Source: Cytophagales bacterium (lineage in GTDB: Bacteria; Bacteroidota; Bacteroidia; Cytophagales; JAAEPT01). From it: a DNA stretch of 64,000 nucleotides. Where the stretch lies: the NCBI GenBank assembly GCA_965267335.1, contig OZ253953.1, positions 1,670,486 through 1,734,485 of the forward strand. The letters run 5' to 3'. Below are positions 19,064-28,474 of the stretch, piece by piece. Below the pieces are notes generated by a model. It made no database searches. It was not told where the DNA came from and was given only the letters and a program-made list of their open reading frames with translations. The translations under genes were made by a program, and so were the position numbers. Numbering within the stretch: the stretch's first letter is position 1; every line of letters begins with the position of its first letter.

Positions 19064-19984
19064 TTATTCTATTATATTCTTTCTAATGTCCTTAACTGTT
19101 GCAGAAATGTTCTGAAAGTCTTCCTCACTATAACTGATAACTGTCTCACTATTGTCAACAACCATCATGATTCCATCCTGCTCAACAATTTCCGGCTCAC
19201 CTTCAATGACTTCGATCTTAACTGCATCATACGCTTCATTCAGTTTTTTCAGATCAGCAATAAAAGGAGCAATTTTATTGTCTTCTTTGTAGTAGTCAAG
19301 CAATTGCAATAACTGTTCCAACCCCGCTTTTTGCTCCCCAATCTTATCCTTGAGTTCAGCGTTTGGTTTATCATTATACACATTGCATGCCAAACTTAAT
19401 CCTTCAATCCATCCACCGGTTAAAAGGAGCACGCTCAACTGCTCCCGATTTTGGTTTTGCAAATGTAAATTTATTTTTTCAAAGTTCGAAGTAGTTATAA
19501 CTAACAGTGAGTCAAGGTTATTACTATTCTTTATTAGGTTGGTCAAGACTTCAGATGCAAAGAACTGATCAATACTAAGGTCCTTTGCAAGAGACCGCAC
19601 ATTAGACAGGTAAGCAAGCCCATCCTGGTTTTGATTATAAATGTTGGTATACGCGAGATCAGAACCGTAGATTCCTAAATTAAGGGCTTTGTCGTAGGTA
19701 TCCGTATAATTCAGTACGTTTTCGGAAGGGTTAAGATAACTGACATCATACTCACTCCCGATGCTCTTTATCAAGAATGACATTTCCAGAGGTGATGGGA
19801 TTGAGTTGAAAATTTGTGTGATTTCGGCTTTCTCCTCTTCAGTAAATTCTGTCTTTTGTGTTTCACTGATGGTCTTCAAAGAATCCTTGGTGGCTTCAAG
19901 GTCTTCTATGCTTGGTTTTTTTTCGCTTTCACCACAGCTCAACAATAAGCTGCAAGTCAGGGATGCCAGGATTAGTTTTTTCAT
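19064..19984 (-). CDS. Hypothetical lipoprotein (helical)
   Basis: Lipobox MKKLILASLTCSLLLSCG. Predicted largely alpha-helical from composition. Lies 44 nt downstream of the ABC exporter gene. Confidence 0.6.
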   Translation of the reverse strand: MKKLILASLTCSLLLSCGESEKKPSIEDLEATKDSLKTISETQKTEFTEEEKAEITQIFNSIPSPLEMSFLIKSIGSEYDVSYLNPSENVLNYTDTYDKALNLGIYGSDLAYTNIYNQNQDGLAYLSNVRSLAKDLSIDQFFASEVLTNLIKNSNNLDSLLVITTSNFEKINLHLQNQNREQLSVLLLTGGWIEGLSLACNVYNDKPNAELKDKIGEQKAGLEQLLQLLDYYKEDNKIAPFIADLKKLNEAYDAVKIEVIEGEPEIVEQDGIMMVVDNSETVISYSEEDFQNISATVKDIRKNIIE

Positions 19985-20028
19985 CGTACGAATAATAATT
20001 TATTAAAAATTATTTAGAATAGTAATGC

Positions 20029-23000
20029 TTAATGGTGTTCTTTTTTACCTCTGAACTTAATTTTGCCCGCTAACTCAAGAGATTTCCTGAAAATATCAAA
20101 GTACAGTGTAAAGTACAACAATAAGCTCATAAACCATATTACGGAAATATTGAAGTAAAAGGTGCTAAAATACTGTCCAAAAAGATGTTTTTGAGGGGCA
20201 TAGAAATGTGCGCGATAGTCCAGTGCTCCTGAAGGAGAGGGGGTTACGAATATCGGGTCGAGTCTCTGAATAATTCTGCCATCATGTTCCTCAATTCTTT
20301 TACTTGGTTTTAATAATGTTTGTCTGACAATTTCATCCAAACTATTATTGAAGAATTCTGATTTTTTCTTTCTGATGTCATAGCCATTCAGTTCGAGGGT
20401 TTCCATTCTGGTATTTATTTCCTGATCAAAATGATTAAATACATCATTATAAAAGGCTGACCGCTGATTTAAATATTCCTTGAGATCGGAGGCTAAATTT
20501 TGGTCGAATCCATCAACCGATACAGTATCACTAATCGGAGCAGTTTTGTTCTTGCTTCTTTCATTAAGGTAAAGGGTTTCATTTTTTATAAGTTTGAAAT
20601 TTTCCTCGAATACGGGTTTGATAGAATCAGGAAGCTCCGAGTAACTTTTTACACTATAATCCCTTAATAAGTTTTCACACTCCTTTATTTTTTTCTGGAC
20701 CCGAGGAATGTGATATCCTTTAAAGAAGTTGGCCTGGCTTTTATTGCTTTCCAGCTCATAGAAGTATGCGAAATACTCATTCTGTGTGTACATTTCAACA
20801 GAAATAGCCTCATATGCCCATCGTGAAGCCATCAAATCAGCTACAATTGGTGTGCTCTCTTTATTTGCTATATGCTCGTTGAGCTTATCAAAGCTAAATA
20901 ATGCTCCGCTTAATATCATTTGGGGAATCAAGAGCAGAGGAATGACTATGTAAACGGTAACTGCAGAGTTCAATGAAGCGGATATATTGAGGCCGAGGAT
21001 ATTAGCGAAACACGAAACACTAAATAAGGTCAGCCAGAAGCTGAATGTCATACCGTGGATTTCCAGTATCCAATTTCCTACTAAGACATAGGAAATGGTT
21101 TGTATAGCCGATAAAGTGAACAGCAGTCCAAATTTTGAAAACAAATAGCTGTTTTTGCTCAGGTTAAGAAATTTCTCTCTCTTAAGAATTTTCCGGTCTT
21201 TGATGATTTCTTCTGCGCTAACTGTCAGTCCCATAAACAAAGAAACCACGATGCTCATAAGTATATAAGCCGGAATATTTTCATTGTTCATGTATGTATA
21301 CTCGGTACCCTCATTGGTATTCTTGTATCTGATAATGAAGGCCAACAAGAGAGCGAGAAATGGGGCTTCAAGTAGGTTAATAACCAGGTATTGACTATTA
21401 CTTACCTTGGATTTGAGGTCTCTTAATGTATAAATCCACCACTGGATTATGGGGTTTGGTATTTTTAAATTTTTCGGAGGCGCTTCCTTTTCGTCAGGAA
21501 GGTGCTCAATATTAAAACTTTTATTGTAATGTTCAGCCCACTCAGGGGGAGTTACTTTTCGTTTTATGGTTTCCTGGCCATATTCATTTACTACCCGTTC
21601 TTCAATAATGTCAAACATCTGTTCAGGGTTGACATTCCCGCATTCGCTACACTGCCCTTTATCACTGTTGATTTGATTGGAAGCCTTCTTGAAGTATACG
21701 ATAGATTCGATAGGGTTGCCGTAGTAGATTGGATATCCTCCGGTGTCCATTATGAACATTTTATCGAACTTCTTGTAAATTTCTGAAGAGGGCTGGTGTA
21801 TGACAACAAAAATAAGTTTGCCCTTGAGTGATAACTCCTTAAGAAGGTCTATAACATTTTCGGAATCTCTTGATGACAAGCCGCTTGTAGGCTCATCCAC
21901 AAACATTACGGCAGGCTCTCTTATCAATTCTAAAGCAATATTAAGCCTTTTACGTTGTCCTCCACTAATTTTTTTGTTCAGTACGTTACCGACCTTGAGG
22001 TGTTTAATATGCTCAAGTCCCAGGCTGCTTAAGACGTTCCGGACCAATTGAATTAGTTCTTTTTCCGGTGTTCCCCGAAAACACATCTTTGCATTGTAAT
22101 ATAGATTTTCAAAGACAGTAAGATCTTCAATAAGAATATCATCCTGTGAAATGTAGCCTATTACCCCCTGGACCTTGTCTTTTTCCTCGTGGATATCGAT
22201 TCCATTGATAAGAACTTGTCCTTTTGAAGGCTTTTCAAGCCCTGCCAATGCATTTAAAAGAGTAGTTTTACCCGCCCCTGAGGCTCCCATAATCCCAATC
22301 AGCTTGCCTTGTTTTTCGGTAATATTAATATCACGTAGTCCAATGGCTCCATTAGGGAATTTAAATTCCAGGTTTTTAACATTAAAAGTGATGTTTGTCT
22401 GGACCAGGTCATGGTTGAACTGAGCAACAATATCACTATAGTAGAGTGGCACTCCTATCGGGGGCTTAACCGTACTTCCATTGGAAAAGAGTTGTACCCA
22501 TTGATTGCCTAAAGGGTGGTTATTTAGTAAAATTTCATCGGATCCTTTGTACTTGATGAAGTAAAGTTCAACACTTTTGACCTTCAGTATGAAGATGTGC
22601 CCATCCAGATTCTCTGATTGGATAAACAAGGACCTTTTATTGCCTGGATCCTTATGGGAAGAAATTAATATATCTTCAGAGTCCAAATCCTTGGTTTCTT
22701 CGCTGAGCACAAAGTTTTCCATGATCTGATACTCATTTTCTTCTATGTTAAATACAGTTGAAACTGTATTTATGATTTGCCTTCGCTGGGGGGTGAAGTT
22801 TTTATCCGAATTGACCAGCTCCAATAGTTCAATTAATACGATTACTTTTTGTTTTTGAGTAAGCGTTTTATTGATCTTTTTGCAGATAGAGAGCGTTCTT
22901 ACCGAGTCCTTTACTGAAGTAAGCTTGTTTCTGCTAGGGCGGTCTTTTCTTTCAGGACGGTCTGCTCTTCTTGGGCGATCAGGTCTTTCGGGCCTTTCTT

Positions 23001-23181
23001 TCTTTTTAGAGTCTTGAAGGAATTCTTCGTAAAGTTTAATGTACTCCTTTACAGATTGAGCATTGAGCCTTTGTTTGAAAAAGCTCGTAACATAATTTTT
23101 TTCTACCGCGGTAACGCCTTCATCTTGCTTTGTAATAATAGCAAAAAGTTGCGTCAGCGCCTTTAGAATTTCTTCACTCAT
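20029..23181 (-). CDS. ABCG-type (ABC2) exporter, fused ATPase plus permease, with ~260-aa N-terminal regulatory extension
   Basis: Walker A GASGAGKTTLLNALAG, signature ISGGQRKRLNIALEL, Walker B MFVDEPTSGLS, then about 6 TM helices and a long C-terminal extracytoplasmic/helical region. The N-terminus has a helical domain, a (D/E)RPxR repeat and a beta-rich FHA-like segment (degenerate). Confidence 0.9.
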   Translation of the reverse strand: MSEEILKALTQLFAIITKQDEGVTAVEKNYVTSFFKQRLNAQSVKEYIKLYEEFLQDSKKKERPERPDRPRRADRPERKDRPSRNKLTSVKDSVRTLSICKKINKTLTQKQKVIVLIELLELVNSDKNFTPQRRQIINTVSTVFNIEENEYQIMENFVLSEETKDLDSEDILISSHKDPGNKRSLFIQSENLDGHIFILKVKSVELYFIKYKGSDEILLNNHPLGNQWVQLFSNGSTVKPPIGVPLYYSDIVAQFNHDLVQTNITFNVKNLEFKFPNGAIGLRDINITEKQGKLIGIMGASGAGKTTLLNALAGLEKPSKGQVLINGIDIHEEKDKVQGVIGYISQDDILIEDLTVFENLYYNAKMCFRGTPEKELIQLVRNVLSSLGLEHIKHLKVGNVLNKKISGGQRKRLNIALELIREPAVMFVDEPTSGLSSRDSENVIDLLKELSLKGKLIFVVIHQPSSEIYKKFDKMFIMDTGGYPIYYGNPIESIVYFKKASNQINSDKGQCSECGNVNPEQMFDIIEERVVNEYGQETIKRKVTPPEWAEHYNKSFNIEHLPDEKEAPPKNLKIPNPIIQWWIYTLRDLKSKVSNSQYLVINLLEAPFLALLLAFIIRYKNTNEGTEYTYMNNENIPAYILMSIVVSLFMGLTVSAEEIIKDRKILKREKFLNLSKNSYLFSKFGLLFTLSAIQTISYVLVGNWILEIHGMTFSFWLTLFSVSCFANILGLNISASLNSAVTVYIVIPLLLIPQMILSGALFSFDKLNEHIANKESTPIVADLMASRWAYEAISVEMYTQNEYFAYFYELESNKSQANFFKGYHIPRVQKKIKECENLLRDYSVKSYSELPDSIKPVFEENFKLIKNETLYLNERSKNKTAPISDTVSVDGFDQNLASDLKEYLNQRSAFYNDVFNHFDQEINTRMETLELNGYDIRKKKSEFFNNSLDEIVRQTLLKPSKRIEEHDGRIIQRLDPIFVTPSPSGALDYRAHFYAPQKHLFGQYFSTFYFNISVIWFMSLLLYFTLYFDIFRKSLELAGKIKFRGKKEHH

Positions 23182-23217
23182 ACCCTTAGATTATACTACT
23201 ATGAGTACGAGTATTGT

Positions 23218-23580
23218 CTAGTAGGGTTTCAGCTCAAAGGGAACATCTATAAGTTCTCCGAACTCCTCACCAGCTTCTTCCATATCTTCGTCATCCTCCT
23301 GGAAATACCAGGTTATGGAAGAGTTGTCAATATCTTCGATAGTTGACATCATATCAAGTAGCATCTTCGATGAGGCGGTGTTAAAGTATTCTAGCTTTAC
23401 CACAAAGTTGGTTGATGGATTTGAGTCCTTAGAATACTCTGTTAACCAATCGATTATAGGTTCGTAAAATTCAGCGGCATCTTCAGGAAGAGATCTACCT
23501 GAAATTTCAAAAATGCCATTATCTTTATCCAGAATTACTCTTGGGGTATCTTCTGCTCCTTCTAAATTAATAACATTCAT
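23218..23580 (-). CDS. SiaC-like regulatory phosphoprotein (DUF1987 family)
   Basis: 120 aa. TPRVILDKDNGIFEISGRSLPEDAAEFYEPIIDWL...LEYFNTASSKMLLDMM matches my recollection of the DUF1987/SiaC pattern (G.S.PEN....Y..V..W......L.Y.NTSS.K). Thr68 sits in the FNTASS motif. Confidence 0.8.
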   Translation of the reverse strand: MNVINLEGAEDTPRVILDKDNGIFEISGRSLPEDAAEFYEPIIDWLTEYSKDSNPSTNFVVKLEYFNTASSKMLLDMMSTIEDIDNSSITWYFQEDDEDMEEAGEEFGELIDVPFELKPY

Positions 23581-23584
23581 ATGC

Positions 23585-24133
23585 TTAAACGTTTTCAGGT
23601 TTTACTCTCAAAATTTTAGTTTTTAGTGAAAAAAAGCTGTGCTTTTCGTCAACGGAAGTGAAATTATATTCTAGTTTGTTTCCGGATTTTCTGGCCATAT
23701 CTACAAATCCCAGTCCGGCACCACCTTTCTCAGAAAGGCTACCCTTCTTAATAATGTCTTTATAAAGTTGTTTGAGTCCGTCCTTATCGAGGCTGTTGAT
23801 TTCATCTAGTTTTCCTTTCAGAAAATCAACGTTTTCAGCCAGCATATAATTTCCGGTGCTGATCGCATAATAATCTTGTTCCCTGCCAATTAGAAAGATC
23901 GCTGCATTTTCATGAGTTTTTGTTTCATCTCCGTGCTTTACGATGTTTTGTAGACATTCGACCATTACGTTGAATACTTTTCTTTTAATGCTGGACTCCT
24001 CTCCAATAGAATCCAAATTTCTTTCGGCCATAGAAAGCACTGATTTAGTGATTTCTTGCGTGAACTCACCATCATAGGCCAGGATCAGGTTGGAATCCTT
24101 CATGGTGGTGTGTAGCAGGTAAATACGATCCAT
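23585..24133 (-). CDS. SiaB-like GHKL-fold Ser/Thr protein kinase (anti-sigma-factor-kinase-like)
   Basis: 182 aa. LILAYDGEFTQEIT...VMVECLQNIVKHG (N-box-like) and EKGGAGLGFVDMARKS (G-box) are typical of the small HATPase kinases paired with DUF1987 proteins. Confidence 0.75.
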   Translation of the reverse strand: MDRIYLLHTTMKDSNLILAYDGEFTQEITKSVLSMAERNLDSIGEESSIKRKVFNVMVECLQNIVKHGDETKTHENAAIFLIGREQDYYAISTGNYMLAENVDFLKGKLDEINSLDKDGLKQLYKDIIKKGSLSEKGGAGLGFVDMARKSGNKLEYNFTSVDEKHSFFSLKTKILRVKPENV

Positions 24134-24177
24134 ATGTAGTGTGATTACGTAAAATTCAGGGTAAAAAGTTAAAAATT

Positions 24178-27100
24178 TTAAAACTTAATGCCAATTAAAA
24201 GAACATCATCTGTTTGTTTATAATCAGCTTTCCATTCCTGGAAGCGGTCATCGACCATTTTTTGCATCTCTTCAAATTTATTGTAATTGTAAGTTGTGAC
24301 CATTTCCTTAATTCTTTTCGGCCCGAATTTTCTGTTTTCCGGTCCGCCAAATTGATCTGGGTATCCGTCAGAGAAGAAGTAGATAGCATCTCCTTCCTGG
24401 ATATCAATTCGGTGATTGGTAAATTCTGTTTTGTTGCTATAGGAGCTACCTCCTCCGATTGGGAATCTATTGCCCTTGAATTCATGGAGTTCACCATTTC
24501 TGACAAGATATAATGGACGGTGTGCTCCGGCATACTCAACTGTTTTATTTTTAAGGTTAATTCTACAGAAGCCCATATCCATTCCATCTTTAAGCTTGGA
24601 ATCTTCCTCATCTTGCCGCAGTGTTTTAGTGACTAGTTGATCCAGTGTGTCCAGCACTTTGCCCGGCTCGTGAATTCCGCGATCAACGACATCCTGCAAT
24701 AGGAAGTAAGCAATAATTGAGATCAAGGCTCCGGGAACACCATGACCCGTACAGTCAACTGCACTGATTAATATCTCATCACCAACTTTTTGGTACCAGG
24801 GGAAATCACCGCTTACAATATCCCGAGGGAGGAAGTAGATAAATGAATTTGGTAAATCTCTTTTGATAATTGAAGAATTAGGAAGGATGGCATCCTGAAT
24901 TCTTTCTGCATAATTTATGCTATCGTTGATTTTTTTGTTCTTCTCCCGAATTTCGTTTTCAATGGCTTTTTGTTCTGTAATATCATGTGAGACAACAAGC
25001 ACTGATTCGATTTCTTGTTCTTCGTCATATTCTGGAATGGCATTGACATACATTATTCGATTGTCTTCATCTGTCGGGAAGTCCATTTCGTCAGAGACTT
25101 TTGACTTCGTATCAAAAACTTTCGAAATAATATTTTTCCAGGCGGTAATGATTTGCTCATTGAGTTCAACATCATCCAAATTTTTATTTTGGAAATAGTT
25201 GGTATCAAGTCCGGTTAAAGCCTTGATCGTAGGGTTGATATAGAAGAAGTTTCCGTTTTGATTAATTCTCGTAATCAGGTCGAGAGAGTTCTCTGATAGG
25301 GCTTGCATTTGCCCTCTCTTCCTTTCTTCTTCTTCAGCTCTTCGTCTTTCAGTAATATCCTGTGAGTTAAGTACGATACCCTGGATGGCCGGGTCCTCGA
25401 GCATATTACGGCCGGTAGCTTCCAGCCAAATGTTGTCTCCCGACTTTTTATTGTAGGTGAACTGTAGTGTTACCTGTTCGGCTGGGTTGTTGAGTAAGGA
25501 CTTGAACATTTTTTTGATTCCCTTTTGTCCTTTTTCGTCCACAAATTTTAGATCAGAAATTCCGATGAGGTCATCTTGTTTATAGCCTAAGATATTCTCT
25601 ACTGAAGGACTGATGTAGCGAATGGTACCATCTTTTTCATAAATCGTGATCACCTCAGAGGCGTTTTCGAGGAGTACCTGCATTCTTTTTTGAGCGCGGT
25701 TAACTTCCTCAATTTGGTGTTCAAGTTGTTGGTTGGTTCTTTTGAGCTCCTCCTGTGTAGCCTCCATCTCAACTGCATTTTGGCGGAGTTCCTCTTGCTG
25801 AACTTGGAGTTCACTACTCATTCTTTGTGATTCTTCCAGCAGTTTCCTCGTACGCTCATTGACTTTCAAGTTAAATATCGTACGAGCGATAATCTCACTT
25901 ACTTCTTCAACAAACTGTACTTCGCCACTTGTAAATTTTTGAAGTCCGGAGAATTCTACCACTCCATAAACGGTTTCATTCGTAATAAGTGGCACAATGA
26001 GTAAACAAGATGGCTTCTGTTCTCCCAGGATGCCAGAGGTGATCTTTACATAATCATCAGGAACTTCGGTTCTTAAAATAATATCCTTTTCAATAGCAGC
26101 TTGGCCGATCAGACCTTCGGCAAATTTAAACTCAGCTTTTAAGTATTTTTTTCGTTTGTAGGCGTAGCTAGCCTTCATTTCAATGAATATGTTGTCAGGA
26201 TTTTCATCATTGACGCTATAAAATGCTCCCTGAACACCACTAATCCTGTTACAGATATAAGCTACAATTTCATCACCCAGAGATTCGAGGTTATCATTAT
26301 TACGTAAAATTTCACCGATCTCAGCCACTCCAGTAACAATCCAGTTTCTTAAGTTGTCCTGGGTGTCCGCTTTTTGAAGACTTTCACGCATTTCGACAAG
26401 TGCCTGACCGAGTGTATCTTTTTCGCTAATGGGTTCAAAGTCAGCTTCAAATTCTCCTTTTCCTATCTTATTAGCGAATTGAGCAGTTTTTCTTAGTGAA
26501 TCAACGAGGTTATTCACTGTTTCGGTCATTTGACCAATTTCATCTTTGGAGGTGACCTTAATTCTTTTTGGCAGCGCCCCTTTACTGACCAATTCAAGGA
26601 CTTTTTTAAGCCTCAGGAATGGAGATGTGAATAGCTTGGAAAACAAGGTGGCTATTATGAGTGTCAGTACAAATAGGATAATGGAAATAACGATAGTGAA
26701 GATGTCAAGGCTTCTGTGGGCACCATCAATTTCTTTTTGATTGATCTTAGCTATTGCTACTATTCCATAATTATCAAGGCTTTTCCAGTGGGCGTATACC
26801 TCATTGCCATTGTAGTCTGTATAGATACCATTGCCGTCCGGTTGTTTATCCAGATTGGAGGCAGGGTGATCGGGATGCTGAGATGTGAAAAATGGGGTTA
26901 ATCTCTTTTTTGCTAATCTAGGTTCGTTTAGAGTACAGATTCTTTTGTCGGAGGTAGAGATCCCGGTGTCCTGCAACTGTTCGAAACTTGATACATAAGT
27001 ATAAAGTAGCTCACTGGTTTCGCCAATCGAGACGCTGTCGGAATAGTTGTTTAGTAGTTCATTAAAATCGGTTCTTACAACGATTCGACCTTTTATCCTG

Positions 27101-27687
27101 TCTGATTTAGTCAGAATAGGCATCGAAGAGAATAGGTAATAGGTGCTATCATTAATTTTGATGACCGGGCTGGTATAGAACCTTTTCTTATCGTCAAGTA
27201 TAGTCTCCTTGTTATCAATAAAAAATCTGGCCAGATTTTCCTTATTCTTTTGGAAGAGAATTTCTTCTTCGTCATTAAGGATGAATACGTTAGATGCATC
27301 TGTAATTTCTGCATAAACCGGTAACATTCCTGACAGCCCAATATCAACGTATTGTCCCTCTAGAACAATCCCCTGTTCCAGTGCAGCATCAAATTCTTCT
27401 GGTGTTGGTTCAACATAAATTTTACCTCCCGTTTCCAGATAATTTATCAATTCAGGATCAGTGCGGATCTTTTTTAGCTCGACACCAATTTTTTTGAAAT
27501 GGGCGTTAAAAAATTTCTCGGCATATTCAATTGCAGTTTCAAGCTCCCTGTCATATGCTTTTTGTATTGTGGAGTTATTTCTTTTGTTTGAGATGATTAC
27601 CTCTCCGACAATGGCCACAATAATCAGCAATACTGCAAATAGCATGATTTTAGTGCCGATTTTCATATGTCGAAGAAATTTAATCAT
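24178..27687 (-). CDS. Membrane receptor-phosphatase: TM, Cache-like periplasmic domain, TM, HAMP, GAF, coiled coil, PAS, PAS, PP2C/SpoIIE phosphatase (SiaA-like)
   Basis: 1169 aa. Periplasmic YTDYNGNEVYAHWKSLDNYGIVAIAKINQKEI is Cache-like. HAMP is PFLRLKKVLELVSKGALP...DEIGQMTETVNNL. The GAF block is shared with two neighbours. The two PAS blocks are EVITIYEKDGTIRYISPSVENILGY and DLITRINQNGNFFYINPT. The C-terminal SGDFPWYQ...AVDCTGHGVPGALIS...DDVLLIGIKF is PP2C/SpoIIE. An alternative start is ATG 27666 (MKIGTKIM). Confidence 0.85.
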   Translation of the reverse strand: MIKFLRHMKIGTKIMLFAVLLIIVAIVGEVIISNKRNNSTIQKAYDRELETAIEYAEKFFNAHFKKIGVELKKIRTDPELINYLETGGKIYVEPTPEEFDAALEQGIVLEGQYVDIGLSGMLPVYAEITDASNVFILNDEEEILFQKNKENLARFFIDNKETILDDKKRFYTSPVIKINDSTYYLFSSMPILTKSDRIKGRIVVRTDFNELLNNYSDSVSIGETSELLYTYVSSFEQLQDTGISTSDKRICTLNEPRLAKKRLTPFFTSQHPDHPASNLDKQPDGNGIYTDYNGNEVYAHWKSLDNYGIVAIAKINQKEIDGAHRSLDIFTIVISIILFVLTLIIATLFSKLFTSPFLRLKKVLELVSKGALPKRIKVTSKDEIGQMTETVNNLVDSLRKTAQFANKIGKGEFEADFEPISEKDTLGQALVEMRESLQKADTQDNLRNWIVTGVAEIGEILRNNDNLESLGDEIVAYICNRISGVQGAFYSVNDENPDNIFIEMKASYAYKRKKYLKAEFKFAEGLIGQAAIEKDIILRTEVPDDYVKITSGILGEQKPSCLLIVPLITNETVYGVVEFSGLQKFTSGEVQFVEEVSEIIARTIFNLKVNERTRKLLEESQRMSSELQVQQEELRQNAVEMEATQEELKRTNQQLEHQIEEVNRAQKRMQVLLENASEVITIYEKDGTIRYISPSVENILGYKQDDLIGISDLKFVDEKGQKGIKKMFKSLLNNPAEQVTLQFTYNKKSGDNIWLEATGRNMLEDPAIQGIVLNSQDITERRRAEEEERKRGQMQALSENSLDLITRINQNGNFFYINPTIKALTGLDTNYFQNKNLDDVELNEQIITAWKNIISKVFDTKSKVSDEMDFPTDEDNRIMYVNAIPEYDEEQEIESVLVVSHDITEQKAIENEIREKNKKINDSINYAERIQDAILPNSSIIKRDLPNSFIYFLPRDIVSGDFPWYQKVGDEILISAVDCTGHGVPGALISIIAYFLLQDVVDRGIHEPGKVLDTLDQLVTKTLRQDEEDSKLKDGMDMGFCRINLKNKTVEYAGAHRPLYLVRNGELHEFKGNRFPIGGGSSYSNKTEFTNHRIDIQEGDAIYFFSDGYPDQFGGPENRKFGPKRIKEMVTTYNYNKFEEMQKMVDDRFQEWKADYKQTDDVLLIGIKF

Positions 27688-28474
27688 GCTGACCTCCTTT
27701 CTCTTTGTCTGCCTTACGAACTTTATCTAACTCTGCTGAGATGATCTTATTGAGTTCTTCAAGCGCAGCTACTATTGTGGGGTTAATTTCATTAAACGTA
27801 GCGAGTTCAAGGACTGCGATCACTTTTTTGTTGTGCACCAAGGGGAAAGCCAGCAAAAATTTAGGTTTTCCCTCACCAAGGCCTGAGATCACCGTATGTT
27901 GTTCGGTTGGTATTTCATTCAACAGTATTGCTTTTTTTGATTTGGCAGCTTGTCCCACAACTCCTTCTCCCAGTTCAAAACCAGTGTTTTTATCTTCTGT
28001 GATATGAAAGGCATAACCAGCTCTGAAAACATATATTTTGTTTTCTTCGGAGTATAAAGCGCCCTTTACGAGGTTTATTTTTTTTGAAAGTAAGCTAAGT
28101 AAGGCTTCTCCTGCACTAGTTACAGTGGTTTTATTAGCGAATGATTTTTTTATCTCAGTTTCGGTCAATGAAAATTTATCAGTTATTTCTGTTTCCTCTG
28201 TACGTTCAGCTTCATCAGCGTCTTGTCCAACGGTTTCATTGGTCTTCTTCTTTTTGCTAGTTTGAGTAGTTACTGATCTTAGTGAGAGTTGAACAATTGT
28301 CATTGTAGTTCCTATCGCTACGGTGCCTCCAATCCAAATTAGCGCCTTAATGATTGAATCCTGAGAGCCCGGAAATTTGTCATAGACATCGAGAAGATAT
28401 AGGGTAGCAGGAACTATTGTCACTAAAAAAGTGCAAAACAAAATTGTCAATAATAACCTGTTACTAATTTTCAT
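27680..28474 (-). CDS. Membrane-anchored GAF-domain protein
   Basis: 264 aa with two N-terminal TM helices, a Lys/Glu/Thr-rich linker, then GAF (GALYSEE...GEGVVGQAAKSKKAILLNEIP...LLAFPLVHNKKVIAVLELATF). It has start/stop overlaps with both neighbours. Confidence 0.75.
   Translation of the reverse strand: MKISNRLLLTILFCTFLVTIVPATLYLLDVYDKFPGSQDSIIKALIWIGGTVAIGTTMTIVQLSLRSVTTQTSKKKKTNETVGQDADEAERTEETEITDKFSLTETEIKKSFANKTTVTSAGEALLSLLSKKINLVKGALYSEENKIYVFRAGYAFHITEDKNTGFELGEGVVGQAAKSKKAILLNEIPTEQHTVISGLGEGKPKFLLAFPLVHNKKVIAVLELATFNEINPTIVAALEELNKIISAELDKVRKADKEKGGQHD

Noticed and set aside
24195-24611. 138-aa alternative-frame ORF, and several 60-100-aa ORFs on both strands, within the receptor-phosphatase gene
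   Set aside because: They overlap the PP2C domain coding frame, which has clear catalytic motifs. No independent motif or start context supports them.
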